Shown: piece after piece, positions 16,657 to 25,004 of the stretch
How the letters are laid out: each line of letters begins with the position of its first letter
Position numbering within the stretch: the stretch's first letter is position 1
Assembly: GCA_040880145.1 (NCBI GenBank)
Contig: JBBDIZ010000018.1
Coordinates: 1-25,004, forward strand
Source: Simkaniaceae bacterium
GTDB taxonomy: Bacteria > Chlamydiota > Chlamydiia > Chlamydiales > JAJFMI01
DNA: 25,004 nt
Reading direction: 5' to 3'
The notes under the pieces: model-generated
The model's input: only the letters and a program-made list of their open reading frames with translations
Told to the model about the DNA's origin: nothing
The model's database searches: none
Program-made: the position numbers and the translations under genes

Positions 16657-16976
16657 TTATGATGGATGAAAAAATAAATGAGATTCTAGAGTACAAAGAA
16701 GAGATGAAAAGCTTGATTAATGATTTAATGCTTCGAGTGAGGAAGCTTGAAAATGTTCCGCGTGAAGAGCAAGTCTCCATTATTATGGATAAGATTGAGT
16801 CAGATAAAGCGCGGCTTGATAAAATTGCTCACTTTATTGGGGGGCAAATTCTGTTGGATTTTAATATGTTTGCATCCGATCTCAATCAATACCTCAAAGT
16901 CCCGGATGATCGTTCAGCCTACCCCCAATTAGCTGACGATGCCGCAATCCTCTTAAATGCGCTTAGTAATCATTAA
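16653..16976 (+). CDS. Hypothetical helical protein
   Basis: 107-aa ORF overlapping the previous stop; the true start may be ATG at 16659 or 16662. Confidence 0.65.
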   Translation: MIMMDEKINEILEYKEEMKSLINDLMLRVRKLENVPREEQVSIIMDKIESDKARLDKIAHFIGGQILLDFNMFASDLNQYLKVPDDRSAYPQLADDAAILLNALSNH

Positions 16977-17148
16977 GCGTAAAGTCAATTTCAGGATCTT
17001 CTGCTTTGATTATTGAAAGACATGATTGGAATATGCAGTATAAGGTTTTTGAAAAAAAGTAAGTAAAGCCTGTTATTAAAAATTCATTTGAAGGGGGCTT
17101 GGATGGAGGAACACTTTTATGACAGGAGCAAAAATTCATGTCAATCAT
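16963..17148 (-). CDS. Small hypothetical protein (uncertain)
   Basis: 61-aa ORF overlapping the 17141-17368 ORF by 8 bp; Cys-containing N-terminus. Confidence 0.3.
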   Translation of the reverse strand: MIDMNFCSCHKSVPPSKPPSNEFLITGFTYFFSKTLYCIFQSCLSIIKAEDPEIDFTLNDY

Positions 17149-17368
17149 GGATTAACCTCACTTTCTCATTTTGGATTGTACTTTTATGATCTAACGAAGA
17201 ACAAGGACAGTTCTCAACAGAAGCATAGAAAAGGGCCGTACACTTTGAATGATCATTTTTATAGTAGTGAAAACGTTCGCAGCAACTGATCTTACTAAAA
17301 CTTTCGAGCTTCTTGCTTGATTTAGAAGGATTGGAACCTCCTCCAAAACAAACTGAAAAACAACTCAT
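17141..17368 (-). CDS. Small Cys/Ser-rich hypothetical protein
   Basis: ATG preceded by GGGGG; MSCFSVCFGGGSNPSKSS...; 7 Cys; lies just past the rpsJ terminator. Confidence 0.4.
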   Translation of the reverse strand: MSCFSVCFGGGSNPSKSSKKLESFSKISCCERFHYYKNDHSKCTALFYASVENCPCSSLDHKSTIQNEKVRLIHD

Positions 17369-17417
17369 TGTTACCCCCAAATAAAGAAGTTATATAGACT
17401 AATTTAACCAAAGGTAT

Positions 17418-17452
17418 AAAAAAAAACCAGACTTTAGGGAAAAAGCCTGGTT
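17418..17452 (-). terminator. Intrinsic terminator of the rpsL-rpsG-fusA-rpsJ operon
   Basis: Minus strand AACCAGGCTTT-TTCCCT-AAAGTCTGGTT followed by a T run, 23 nt after the rpsJ stop. Confidence 0.8.
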
Positions 17453-17475
17453 ATAGAGTAGAGAAAAGTCTTCTT

Positions 17476-17799
17476 TTAAGAAGAGGCTTTGATTTTAATA
17501 TCCACACCAGCCGCAATAGGCAGGCGTTTCAATTTATCGGTCGTTTCAATAGTGGGGTTCAAGATATCAAGCAATCGTGTATGCGTGCACATTTCAAACT
17601 GCTCACGAGACTTACGGTCAACGTGAGGGGAGCGCAGTACAGTATAGCGCTCTCGTCGAGTCGGAAGAGGCACGGGTCCAACGACACGTGCGCCTGTGCG
17701 CTTTGCTGTTTCTACAATATCCTGTGTTGATTGATCGAGCTGACGCTGATCGTAGCCTTTTAGGCGGATACGAATTTTGTTTTTCTTAGCTGGTGCCAT
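17476..17799 (-). CDS. rpsJ: 30S ribosomal protein S10
   Basis: [33 protein letters not shown]. Confidence 0.98.
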   Translation of the reverse strand: MAPAKKNKIRIRLKGYDQRQLDQSTQDIVETAKRTGARVVGPVPLPTRRERYTVLRSPHVDRKSREQFEMCTHTRLLDILNPTIETTDKLKRLPIAAGVDIKIKASS

Positions 17800-17812
17800 A
17801 AATTATAATTCT

Positions 17813-19894
17813 CTACTTCTTAAGGATTTCTTCTTGTATTTTGTTAGGTACTTTTTCAAAGTGGCTCGGTGCCATTGTGTAGGAAGCGCGGCCTGAGCTT
17901 AGTGATCGAAGCTGTGTCGAATAGCCGAACATTTCACTTAAAGGAACTTCTGCTTCAAAAATGACAATCCCTTTCACATTGCTTTGGTTCATGATTCGTC
18001 CACGGCGACGGTTGACGTCTCCCATCACATCACCCAAAAAGTCTTCAGGTGTTGTGACAACAACCTTCATGATGGGTTCTAAGATGACGGGTTTTGCTTT
18101 TTTGGCTGCATCTTTGAGAGCCATCGAGCCGCAGATTTTAAAGGCCATCTCTGAGGAGTCAACATCGTGGTAGGAACCGAAGACGATATCAACTTTGACA
18201 TCGACAAGATTGAATCCGGCTAAAACACCGGAGTTCAAGCCTTCTTCGACACCCTTGATAGTTGAAGGGATGTATTCCTTTGGGATCACGCCACCGACGA
18301 TCTTGCTGGCAACTTCGTTGCCTTTACCTGCTTCATTAGGTGTAATTTCAAGACAAACGTGAGCATATTGCCCACGTCCACCTGACTGTTTAACAAACTT
18401 TGTATCTGTTTTGCTGGGGATTGTGACGGTCTCTTTATAAGAGACTTGAGGTGCTCCAACATTTGCTTCGACATTGAATTCACGCATCATGCGATCTTTC
18501 AAGATCTCGAGGTGAAGCTCGCCCATTCCTGAGATAATCGTTTGACCGGTTTCTTCATTAGTTGACACGCGGAAAGTAGGGTCCTCTTCGGAAAGAGAGC
18601 TGAGTGCAACTGAAAGCTTTTCTCGGTCTGCTTTCGACTTGGGCTCAATGGCCATAGAAATAACGGGTTCCGGGAACTCCATTTTTTCCAAGATAATGGG
18701 ATTGTCAGTGGAACAAAGCGTATCGCCTGTTGTGCTGTTTTTTAGTCCAATAATGGCGACGATTTCTCCGGCGTAGGCGGCGTCTTTGTCTGTTCGATCA
18801 TTTGCGTGCATGATCAAAATACGACTAATACGCTCCTTTTTTCCTTTTGTGGAGTTGATAATGGCGTCGCCTTTTTTAAGTGTTCCGGAATAAATACGAA
18901 CAAAAGTTAAGCGCCCAACATAAGGGTCGGTCATTACTTTAAAAGCAAGAGCAGAAAGAGGAGACTTATCGCTTGGTTCAAAGGAGATCTCTTCTTCGCT
19001 ATCGGGCTTTGTGCCTTTTGCAGCTCCTCGGTCAATTGGAGAGGGCATCCAGCGAACAATGTTATCGAGTAAGGGCTGAATTCCTTTGTTCTTGAAAGCG
19101 GTGCCGCAGAGTACCGGATTAAATTTGTTGTCGCAGACGCCCTTGCGGATGACAGCGTGAATCTCATCTTCGGTAAGGGAAGAGGGATCCTCTAGGACTT
19201 TCATCATAAACTCATCATCTAGTGTGGCGAGTTCATCGAGAAGGATGGTGCGAAGCTCCAAGCATTTTTCTATAAGATCTTCCGGGACATCGGATACATC
19301 GTATTGAGCGCCGAGTGTCTCATCGTTGAAGATATAGGCTTTCATGCTGACAAGGTCGACCATGCCCTTGAAGTCACCTTCTGATCCAATTGGACATTGA
19401 AGGGCAATAGCGTTGGCCCCAAGCTTTTCTTTCATGCTGTCAATACAGTAGAAGTAATCCGCTCCCACGCGATCCATTTTGTTGATGAATGCGATACGAG
19501 GGACGTGATAGGTTCCAGCTTGCCGCCAAACAGTTTCAGACTGAGGTTGAACTCCATCAACAGCGCTGAATACAGCAACAGAACCATCGAGAACGCGAAG
19601 AGAGCGTTCGACCTCTACGGTGAAGTCAACGTGTCCTGGGGTATCGATAATGTTGATACGACTGCCATTCCAGCTGACTTCTGTAGCAGCTGAAGTGATC
19701 GTAATTCCACGCTCTTGTTCCTGCTCCATCCAGTCCATTGTGGCACTGCCTTCGTGGACCTCGCCGATTCTGTGAGTTCGGCCGGCATAAAAGAGAAAGC
19801 GTTCTGTAACGGTGGTCTTACCGGCATCGATGTGCGCCATAATGCCGATATTGCGCATGTTCTTAAGTTGTTCGTCCTGAGATTGTTCGGCCAT
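17813..19894 (-). CDS. fusA: Elongation factor G
   Basis: [68 protein letters not shown]. Confidence 0.99.
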   Translation of the reverse strand: MAEQSQDEQLKNMRNIGIMAHIDAGKTTVTERFLFYAGRTHRIGEVHEGSATMDWMEQEQERGITITSAATEVSWNGSRINIIDTPGHVDFTVEVERSLRVLDGSVAVFSAVDGVQPQSETVWRQAGTYHVPRIAFINKMDRVGADYFYCIDSMKEKLGANAIALQCPIGSEGDFKGMVDLVSMKAYIFNDETLGAQYDVSDVPEDLIEKCLELRTILLDELATLDDEFMMKVLEDPSSLTEDEIHAVIRKGVCDNKFNPVLCGTAFKNKGIQPLLDNIVRWMPSPIDRGAAKGTKPDSEEEISFEPSDKSPLSALAFKVMTDPYVGRLTFVRIYSGTLKKGDAIINSTKGKKERISRILIMHANDRTDKDAAYAGEIVAIIGLKNSTTGDTLCSTDNPIILEKMEFPEPVISMAIEPKSKADREKLSVALSSLSEEDPTFRVSTNEETGQTIISGMGELHLEILKDRMMREFNVEANVGAPQVSYKETVTIPSKTDTKFVKQSGGRGQYAHVCLEITPNEAGKGNEVASKIVGGVIPKEYIPSTIKGVEEGLNSGVLAGFNLVDVKVDIVFGSYHDVDSSEMAFKICGSMALKDAAKKAKPVILEPIMKVVVTTPEDFLGDVMGDVNRRRGRIMNQSNVKGIVIFEAEVPLSEMFGYSTQLRSLSSGRASYTMAPSHFEKVPNKIQEEILKK

Positions 19895-19912
19895 GTTGTA
19901 AACCCTAAATCC

Positions 19913-20386
19913 TTACCATTTGAAGTGAGCGTAAGCACGGTTGGCTTCAGCCATACGGTGCGTATCATCTTTTTTCTTGATTGTTGCGCCTTCGCGGTTA
20001 TAGCAGTCTGAAAGTTCCTGCGCTAGGCCTTCAGCCATCGAGCGCCCAACTTTTGATCTCGAGAAATTGAGAATCCATTTCATCGCCATTGAAGTGCGGC
20101 GTTCAGTTGGAATTTCGACGGGAACCTGATAAGTTGCTCCTCCAATTCTGCGAGATTTGACCTCTAGAGTTGGTTTTGCATTTTCTAAAGCTTGTTCAAA
20201 AGCCTCAAGTGCATTTTCGGTATTGATTTTTTTTGCAAATTTTTCGAGAGCATCGTAGACAATGTGACGAGCGATCGATTTTTTGCCGTCAACCATGACT
20301 TTATTGATGAATCTGCTGATGACTACGCTGTTGTAGACAGGGTCTCTTACAGGTTGTCGTTTTTCCGCACGGCGTCTTCTTGACAT
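19913..20386 (-). CDS. rpsG: 30S ribosomal protein S7
   Basis: EVKSRRIGGATYQVPVE, THRMAEANRAYAHFKW. Confidence 0.99.
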   Translation of the reverse strand: MSRRRRAEKRQPVRDPVYNSVVISRFINKVMVDGKKSIARHIVYDALEKFAKKINTENALEAFEQALENAKPTLEVKSRRIGGATYQVPVEIPTERRTSMAMKWILNFSRSKVGRSMAEGLAQELSDCYNREGATIKKKDDTHRMAEANRAYAHFKW

Positions 20387-20399
20387 AATTTAAATTCCT

Positions 20400-20771
20400 C
20401 TACTTAGGTCGTTTAGCGCCATATTTCGAACGGCTTTGTTTACGGTTTTTTACAGCGTTTGTATCGAGAGCTCCTCGAACGATGTGGTAACGAACACCCG
20501 GCAAATCCTTTACGCGTCCACCACGGACTAAAACGATGCTGTGTTCTTGTAGATTGTGGCCCTCTCCCCCGATGTAGGCGATGACTTCTTGACCATTGGA
20601 AAGGCGCACCCAAGCGACCTTTCGAAGGGCAGAGTTAGGCTTTCTAGGCGTCTTGGTTTTGACTTGAAGACATACACCACGGCGCTGAGGGCATTTTGCC
20701 AAGGCCATAGACTTGCTTCTTTTCTTTTTTGTGACGCGTTTTTTTCTTACGAGTTGGTTAATTGTCGGCAT
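20400..20771 (-). CDS. rpsL: 30S ribosomal protein S12 (K43R variant)
   Basis: [48 protein letters not shown]. Confidence 0.99.
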   Translation of the reverse strand: MPTINQLVRKKRVTKKKRSKSMALAKCPQRRGVCLQVKTKTPRKPNSALRKVAWVRLSNGQEVIAYIGGEGHNLQEHSIVLVRGGRVKDLPGVRYHIVRGALDTNAVKNRKQSRSKYGAKRPK

Positions 20772-20835
20772 CTAGCCATTCTCCATTTTGGATAGTTTCC
20801 AGGATGAAAATCTAATGTTCACAAGATAATGTAAC

Positions 20836-20864
20836 AATATAGCGAATCATTCGTTTTTGGACAA
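20836..20864 (-). promoter_or_regulatory. Putative sigma70/sigma66 promoter of the rpsL operon
   Basis: Minus strand TTGTCC-N17-TATATT, 64 nt upstream of rpsL. Confidence 0.5.
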
Positions 20865-20970
20865 CAGTTTTCTTGATCAACTTTTTTTTAGGGTTGTTCG
20901 CATTATTCCTTATTTTTTAATTCAAATAGTTATATAAAAAAGTAATAGAGTAATAAATATTATAATCAAT

Positions 20971-22899
20971 ATGACAAGAATAATTTTCTTAATACTTGCT
21001 TTCTTTACTCCAATTATTTCGCTTATTAGTGATGAATCGTTGTTGAAGTATCGAGATGTGCGGATGACAATGGAGGAGATATTTAACTATCATGTTGAAT
21101 TTAAAGAACTTACGCCTTTGGTTGTTCAAAGATCCTTACGCCTGTACATTGAGCAATTTGATCCGGAAAAAGTTTATTTGCTCAAAAGTGAAGTGAAGCC
21201 ATTCCTTGAATTAACCGATGTTCAGATTCGTCATATTCAAACAGGATTTCAAAAAGATAACTTTGACTATTTTGCAGCCCTTCATAAATTAATTGAGACG
21301 GCCATAGAAAGAAGCCGTGAGTTTCGAGCCGCAGAAGAAGAGGCGCTCATTCAGACAAGTGCGATTAAAAAAAAGCAAAAGCCTCACCGGGCTCGGTTGG
21401 ATTATGCGGCGAACCTCTCACAACTTAGAATGCGCAACAAGGACGAAGTACTTAAATTTTTAAAAAATGCTTCGACTCGCCCTGATTTTTCGTATGATGA
21501 TGAAAAAATAAAGAGTAAAGCCTTTCGTTTTTACGAGAAAAAGGTTCGTATAAAAGAGAGAAAATATTTTGTTGACAAGGGAAATGAAGAGGAGATGGAG
21601 CATCGAATAGCGCTTCATATATTGAAAGCGATGACCCGGTCATTGGATGCTCACTCGGCTTATTATAGTCCGCAAGAGGCTTTTGATCTCCGATCGAGCT
21701 TGCAGAAGCAATTCGATGGAATTGGCATTGTGCTCACTGAGAATTTTGATGGGGTATTTGTTGCAGAGCTTGTCGATGGAGGCCCGGCTAAGAAGAGCAA
21801 GAAGATAAAAGTCGGGGATCAGTTATTAGGAGTTGATGGGATTGTTGTCGAGCATGAGTCTTTTGAAGTGATTTTAGAAACCCTGCTTGGTCCTCATAAT
21901 AGTTTAGTTAGCTTAGAGCTGCTTCGGAAGAACAAGCGAAAATCAGTGGCCCTTCACCGGGAAAGAATTACTATGGAAGGGGAGCGCCTATCATTTGAGT
22001 TTGAGCCCTTTGCTGATGGTGTTATTGGAAAAATTCAGTTACCGGGTTTTTATGATAATGGATCCGGCTTGAATGCAGAGCTTGATTTAAGAGAAGCGCT
22101 TCGTTTTTTAAAGAAGAGGGGAAAGCTCAATGGGCTTGTAATTGATATGCGTGAGAATTCTGGGGGATTTTTGTCTCAGGCGGTCAAGATTGCTTCTTTA
22201 TTTGTTGCGCGTGGAGTGATCGTTATTTCGCAATATTCTGATGGTGAAGTACGCTATTTCCGCGATCTTGACGGGCGGCTTTTATATGACGGGCCGTTAG
22301 TCATTTTGACTTCAAAATTATCCGCATCTGCAACTGAAATTGTCGCACAAGCTCTGCAAGATTATGGGCAAGCGCTTGTTGTTGGAGATTCTAGAACCTT
22401 TGGGAAGGGATCGATGCAGTATCAGACAGTAACGGATGAAGATGCCAGGCGATTTTTCAAAGTCACCGTTGGGCGCTTCTATACCGTCTCTGGGAGATCG
22501 AACCAAATAAAAGGCGTGCAAGCAGATATCGTTGTTCCAAGTCTTTTTTCTCCTTATAAAATAGGAGAGCGTTATCTTGAGTTTCCGCTTTCAAATAATT
22601 GTCTTAAATTTTCACTCTATGACAATCTCAATTCGCCGCAAAAGAAATCCCTCAAGTCATCCAAAGACTGTATCCCTTATCTAGAAAGACGTGAGACCGT
22701 CTGGCGAAAAATGATTCCCCAGTTGAAGATCAATTCAGAAAGGCGGCTCCATAACAATAAGAATTTCCAACTCTTCTTGAAAAAAATAGACCCCAATGAA
22801 CCTACGATTAAGAAGAAAAACTATGGCGCTGATGACCTCCAGATGATCGAAGCGGTCAATATCGTCAAAGATATGGTCAGTATTACAACCTCTCCTTAA
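20971..22899 (+). CDS. tsp: Tail-specific protease (S41A carboxy-terminal protease with PDZ domain)
   Basis: Signal peptide, LDAHSAY, GIGIVL PDZ motif, DMRENSGGFL, catalytic SASATEI and TFGKGSMQ, GVQADI. Confidence 0.93.
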   Translation: MTRIIFLILAFFTPIISLISDESLLKYRDVRMTMEEIFNYHVEFKELTPLVVQRSLRLYIEQFDPEKVYLLKSEVKPFLELTDVQIRHIQTGFQKDNFDYFAALHKLIETAIERSREFRAAEEEALIQTSAIKKKQKPHRARLDYAANLSQLRMRNKDEVLKFLKNASTRPDFSYDDEKIKSKAFRFYEKKVRIKERKYFVDKGNEEEMEHRIALHILKAMTRSLDAHSAYYSPQEAFDLRSSLQKQFDGIGIVLTENFDGVFVAELVDGGPAKKSKKIKVGDQLLGVDGIVVEHESFEVILETLLGPHNSLVSLELLRKNKRKSVALHRERITMEGERLSFEFEPFADGVIGKIQLPGFYDNGSGLNAELDLREALRFLKKRGKLNGLVIDMRENSGGFLSQAVKIASLFVARGVIVISQYSDGEVRYFRDLDGRLLYDGPLVILTSKLSASATEIVAQALQDYGQALVVGDSRTFGKGSMQYQTVTDEDARRFFKVTVGRFYTVSGRSNQIKGVQADIVVPSLFSPYKIGERYLEFPLSNNCLKFSLYDNLNSPQKKSLKSSKDCIPYLERRETVWRKMIPQLKINSERRLHNNKNFQLFLKKIDPNEPTIKKKNYGADDLQMIEAVNIVKDMVSITTSP

Positions 22900-22907
22900 C
22901 TTACGCC

Positions 22908-22936
22908 TTGCCCTTTATTCCAGTGCGAGCTAAAAT
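22908..22936 (+). promoter_or_regulatory. Promoter of tRNA-Phe
   Basis: TTGCCC-N17-TAAAAT, 18 nt upstream of the tRNA 5' end. Confidence 0.6.
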
Positions 22937-22954
22937 CCACTACTTATCTACTGG

Positions 22955-23027
22955 GGCCAGATAGCTCAGTTGGTAGAGCAAAGGACTGAAAATCCTTGTG
23001 TCGCCGGTTCGATTCCGGCTCTGGCCA
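22955..23027 (+). tRNA. tRNA-Phe (GAA), CCA not encoded
   Basis: Acceptor GGCCAGA/TCTGGCC, D arm GCTC-AGTTGGTA-GAGC, anticodon arm AAGGA-CTGAAAA-TCCTT, T arm GCCGG-TTCGATT-CCGGC, discriminator A. Confidence 0.98.
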
Positions 23028-23160
23028 AACCTTTTACATTCTTGATGGCGTAAACGATCTGGAATATATCCGGAGTTCTAGATTCCCTTAAATCACCCAA
23101 ACGGGTGCTTCAAATTTGATAATATTTTCTTACAAATCAGGCTGAGGATGCCAGATGCAT

Positions 23161-23223
23161 CTCTATTACATAGAGGATAATCCGCCAGCACCGGCACAAG
23201 CTCTAGCTTTGGAGACTGAGTAG
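23161..23223 (+). pseudogene. Orphan fragment homologous to the repeat/linker of the downstream large ORF
   Basis: TATTACATAGAGGATAATCCGCCAGCACCG (YYIEDNPPAP) matches TATTACATAGAGGGTAATC... (YYIEGNLPA, YYIEGDPPA) in the downstream repeats. There is an in-frame TGA at 23143. Confidence 0.6.
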
Positions 23224-23397
23224 TAATACCTATTTTAACCAATTTTTGGGGATGCTATTTTTGCCTTCAATCTATAAATATTTAATTAATTAAACTAAGC
23301 TTTTTTCTAAATTAGGAAATACTTCACAGTATGACATAATTTAGATAGTAATCAAATTTCTTGACATATCAATTATTTATTATTAATTATAATAATT

Positions 23398-25004
23398 ATG
23401 AAGCTTATGTTTTTTTTAATTCTTATTTTTCCTTTTTTCTTCTTTTCGCTACCTACAGATCATTCTGTTAAACATGGCCCTTATTACCATTTTCGAGGAA
23501 CAGGAGCCTTTAATTTAGAGGCAACTTCAACATTAGATGTTGAAGGAGAGCTGCAAGTTTATAGCGAAAGACAATCGCCAAATACTTTTGATGAATTACT
23601 AAGCAGTATTTTTTTTGTTGCTAGGCCTTCTGGTGTCAATACGTCTATTGAGGCTTGGAGTACGTATTACCCTGATGGGGATTATGGGGGGGTAGAGTAT
23701 AATATCTACTACAAAGAAGAGGGTAATCCACCAGCACCGGTTCCAGCATTAGGCCCAGCTCCGGCAGCAGAGCCCGATGAGTTTTTTGTCGATGTAGCAG
23801 CGGATCTAGTTCAGCTAGAAAAATTGCTTCCTCTTTTAGCCATGCCGAAATCATTTCTTCCTTTAAGCTTGGCTTACCGGCTTAAGATTTGCCACATTTT
23901 TAAAGATTTTTCTGACTTTGTAAAAGAGTATGGAATGTGCTCTCCTAATCTAAGCCCTTATAGCTCGTTTATTTTTAAAGATGATCGTTATTACATAGAG
24001 GGTAATCTACCAGCAGCAGAGCCTGATGAGTTTTTTATCGACGAAGCAGCGAATCTACTTCATTTAGGAGAATTGCTTCCTCTTTTAGCCATGCCGAAAT
24101 CATTTCTTCCTTTAAACTTGGCTTACCATTTTAAAATTTGTCACATTTTTAAGGGTTTTTCTGACTTTGTAAAAGAGTATGGAATGTGCTCTCCTAATCT
24201 AAGCCCTTATAGCTCATTTATTTTTGAAGATGATCGTTATTACATAGAAGGTAATCTGCCGGCACCAAAACCGGTATCAGCGCCACCACCAACTTCAGCA
24301 GCAGAGCCTGATGAGTTTTTTGTCGACGTAGCAGCGAATTTACTTCATTTAGGAAGATTGCTTCCTTTTTTAGCCATGCCAAAATCCTTCCTGCCTTTAA
24401 GCCTGGCTTACCACTCTGAGTTTTGCCACATTCTTAAAAATTTCTCTAACCTTGTGAAAGAGTATAGAATGTGCTCACCTAATTTAGGCCCTTATAGCTC
24501 GTTTATTTTTGAAGATGGTCGTTATTACATAGAGGGTGATCCACCAGCAGCAGATCCCGATGAGTTTTTTGTCGACGTAGCAGCGAATCTACTTCATTTA
24601 GGAGAATTGCTTCCTTTTTTAGCCATGCCAAAATCCTTCCTTCCCTTAAGCTTGGCTCATCACTCTGAATTTTGCCACATTCTTAAAAATTTTTCTGGCT
24701 TTGTAAAAGAGTATAGAATGTGCTCGCCTAATCTAAGCCCTTATAGCTCGTTTATTTTTAAAGATGATCGTTATTACATAAAGGGTAATCCATCAGAACC
24801 AACACTGGCCCAAGAAGTAGCAGTGGCCCTAGAAGTAGTGGCCCTAGAAGAAGCAGTGGCCCTAGAAGAAGCAGTGGCCCTAGAAGAAGCAGTGGCCCTA
24901 GAAGAAGCAGTGATCCCAGAAGAAGCAGTGATCCCAGAAGTAGCAGTGATCCCAGAAGTAGCAGTGGTCCCAGAAGAAGCAGTGGTCCCAGAAGTAGCAG
25001 TGGT
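23398..25004 (+). CDS. Large secreted repeat protein, 3'-truncated by the window (at least 535 aa); absent from the supplied ORF track
   Basis: I translated it by hand and found no stop from ATG 23398 to the window end. It has signal peptide MKLMFFLILIFPFFFFSLP, a unique ~100-aa N-domain, four ~83-aa repeats, then 6-aa acidic repeats. Confidence 0.9.
   Translation, partial: MKLMFFLILIFPFFFFSLPTDHSVKHGPYYHFRGTGAFNLEATSTLDVEGELQVYSERQSPNTFDELLSSIFFVARPSGVNTSIEAWSTYYPDGDYGGVEYNIYYKEEGNPPAPVPALGPAPAAEPDEFFVDVAADLVQLEKLLPLLAMPKSFLPLSLAYRLKICHIFKDFSDFVKEYGMCSPNLSPYSSFIFKDDRYYIEGNLPAAEPDEFFIDEAANLLHLGELLPLLAMPKSFLPLNLAYHFKICHIFKGFSDFVKEYGMCSPNLSPYSSFIFEDDRYYIEGNLPAPKPVSAPPPTSAAEPDEFFVDVAANLLHLGRLLPFLAMPKSFLPLSLAYHSEFCHILKNFSNLVKEYRMCSPNLGPYSSFIFEDGRYYIEGDPPAADPDEFFVDVAANLLHLGELLPFLAMPKSFLPLSLAHHSEFCHILKNFSGFVKEYRMCSPNLSPYSSFIFKDDRYYIKGNPSEPTLAQEVAVALEVVALEEAVALEEAVALEEAVALEEAVIPEEAVIPEVAVIPEVAVVPEEAVVPEVAV
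23764..24795 (+). repeat. Four tandem ~249-bp (83-aa) coding repeats
   Basis: Units start at 23764, 24013, 24298 and 24547 (periods 249, 285, 249). Consensus AAEPDEFFVDVAANLLHLGELLP(L/F)LAMPKSFLPLSLAYH...CHI.K.FS.FVKEY.MCSPNLSPYSSFIF.DDRYYIEGN.P. Confidence 0.95.
24805..25004 (+). repeat. 18-bp in-frame tandem repeat (about 11 copies, running off the window)
   Basis: GTG(GCCCTA/ATCCCA/GTCCCA)GAAG(A/T)AGCA encoding VALEEA, VIPEEA, VIPEVA, VVPEEA; one 15-bp unit. Confidence 0.95.

Noticed and set aside
17577..20795. Alternative-frame and antisense ORFs across rpsJ, fusA, rpsG and rpsL
   Set aside because: These are typical by-products of conserved, codon-biased genes.
20843..20853. CGAAT-C-ATTCG palindrome in the rpsL promoter spacer
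   Set aside because: Arms are only 5 bp and there is a single copy; too weak to call an operator.
23361..23393. Perfect TTGACA and TATAAT upstream of the repeat gene
   Set aside because: The spacing is 21 bp, outside the 16-18 bp range; a promoter is plausible here but this pairing is not supportable.
23645..23854. Minus-strand 69-aa ORF from the track
   Set aside because: It is antisense to the long plus-strand repeat ORF, which explains the region.
23764..25004. Repeats as a CRISPR array or a diversity-generating retroelement TR/VR pair
   Set aside because: The repeats are in-frame coding units without unique spacers, differences are not confined to adenines, and no cas or reverse transcriptase gene is in the window.

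Overview
Bacterial chromosomal segment, most likely from an environmental member of the phylum Chlamydiota. The inference rests on gene order: rpsL-rpsG-fusA-rpsJ without tuf, divergent tsp, the gpmA/NifS-like/NifU-like/rluB block, birA-rodA, and an Inc-like ORF. Core genes are glgP, pit, DUF47, rluB, gpmA, a degenerate NifS/NifU-like pair, birA, rodA, a BamE/SmpA-like lipoprotein, rpsJ, fusA, rpsG, rpsL (carrying K43R), tsp and tRNA-Phe(GAA). Two accessory zones stand out. (1) 8.1-13.3 kb holds an Inc-like gene followed by a stack of nested mobile DNA: an IS200/IS605-type hairpin; a 740-bp internally deleted TGT...ACA IS1202-like element that keeps only an 'HPWK' transposase tail; inside it a 326-bp CAGGG-ended MITE with a perfect 10-bp target duplication, itself carrying a long REP-like palindrome; and an intact ISAs1. 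A small secreted CxxC protein and a four-domain retropepsin-like protease follow. (2) Downstream of tRNA-Phe lies a large signal-peptide ORF missing from the supplied ORF track (23398 to beyond the window end), with four ~83-aa Cys/His repeats and an 18-bp tandem-repeat acidic stalk, preceded by an orphan fragment of the same repeat family. All calls come from reading the sequence and recognising motifs; no database searches were run.
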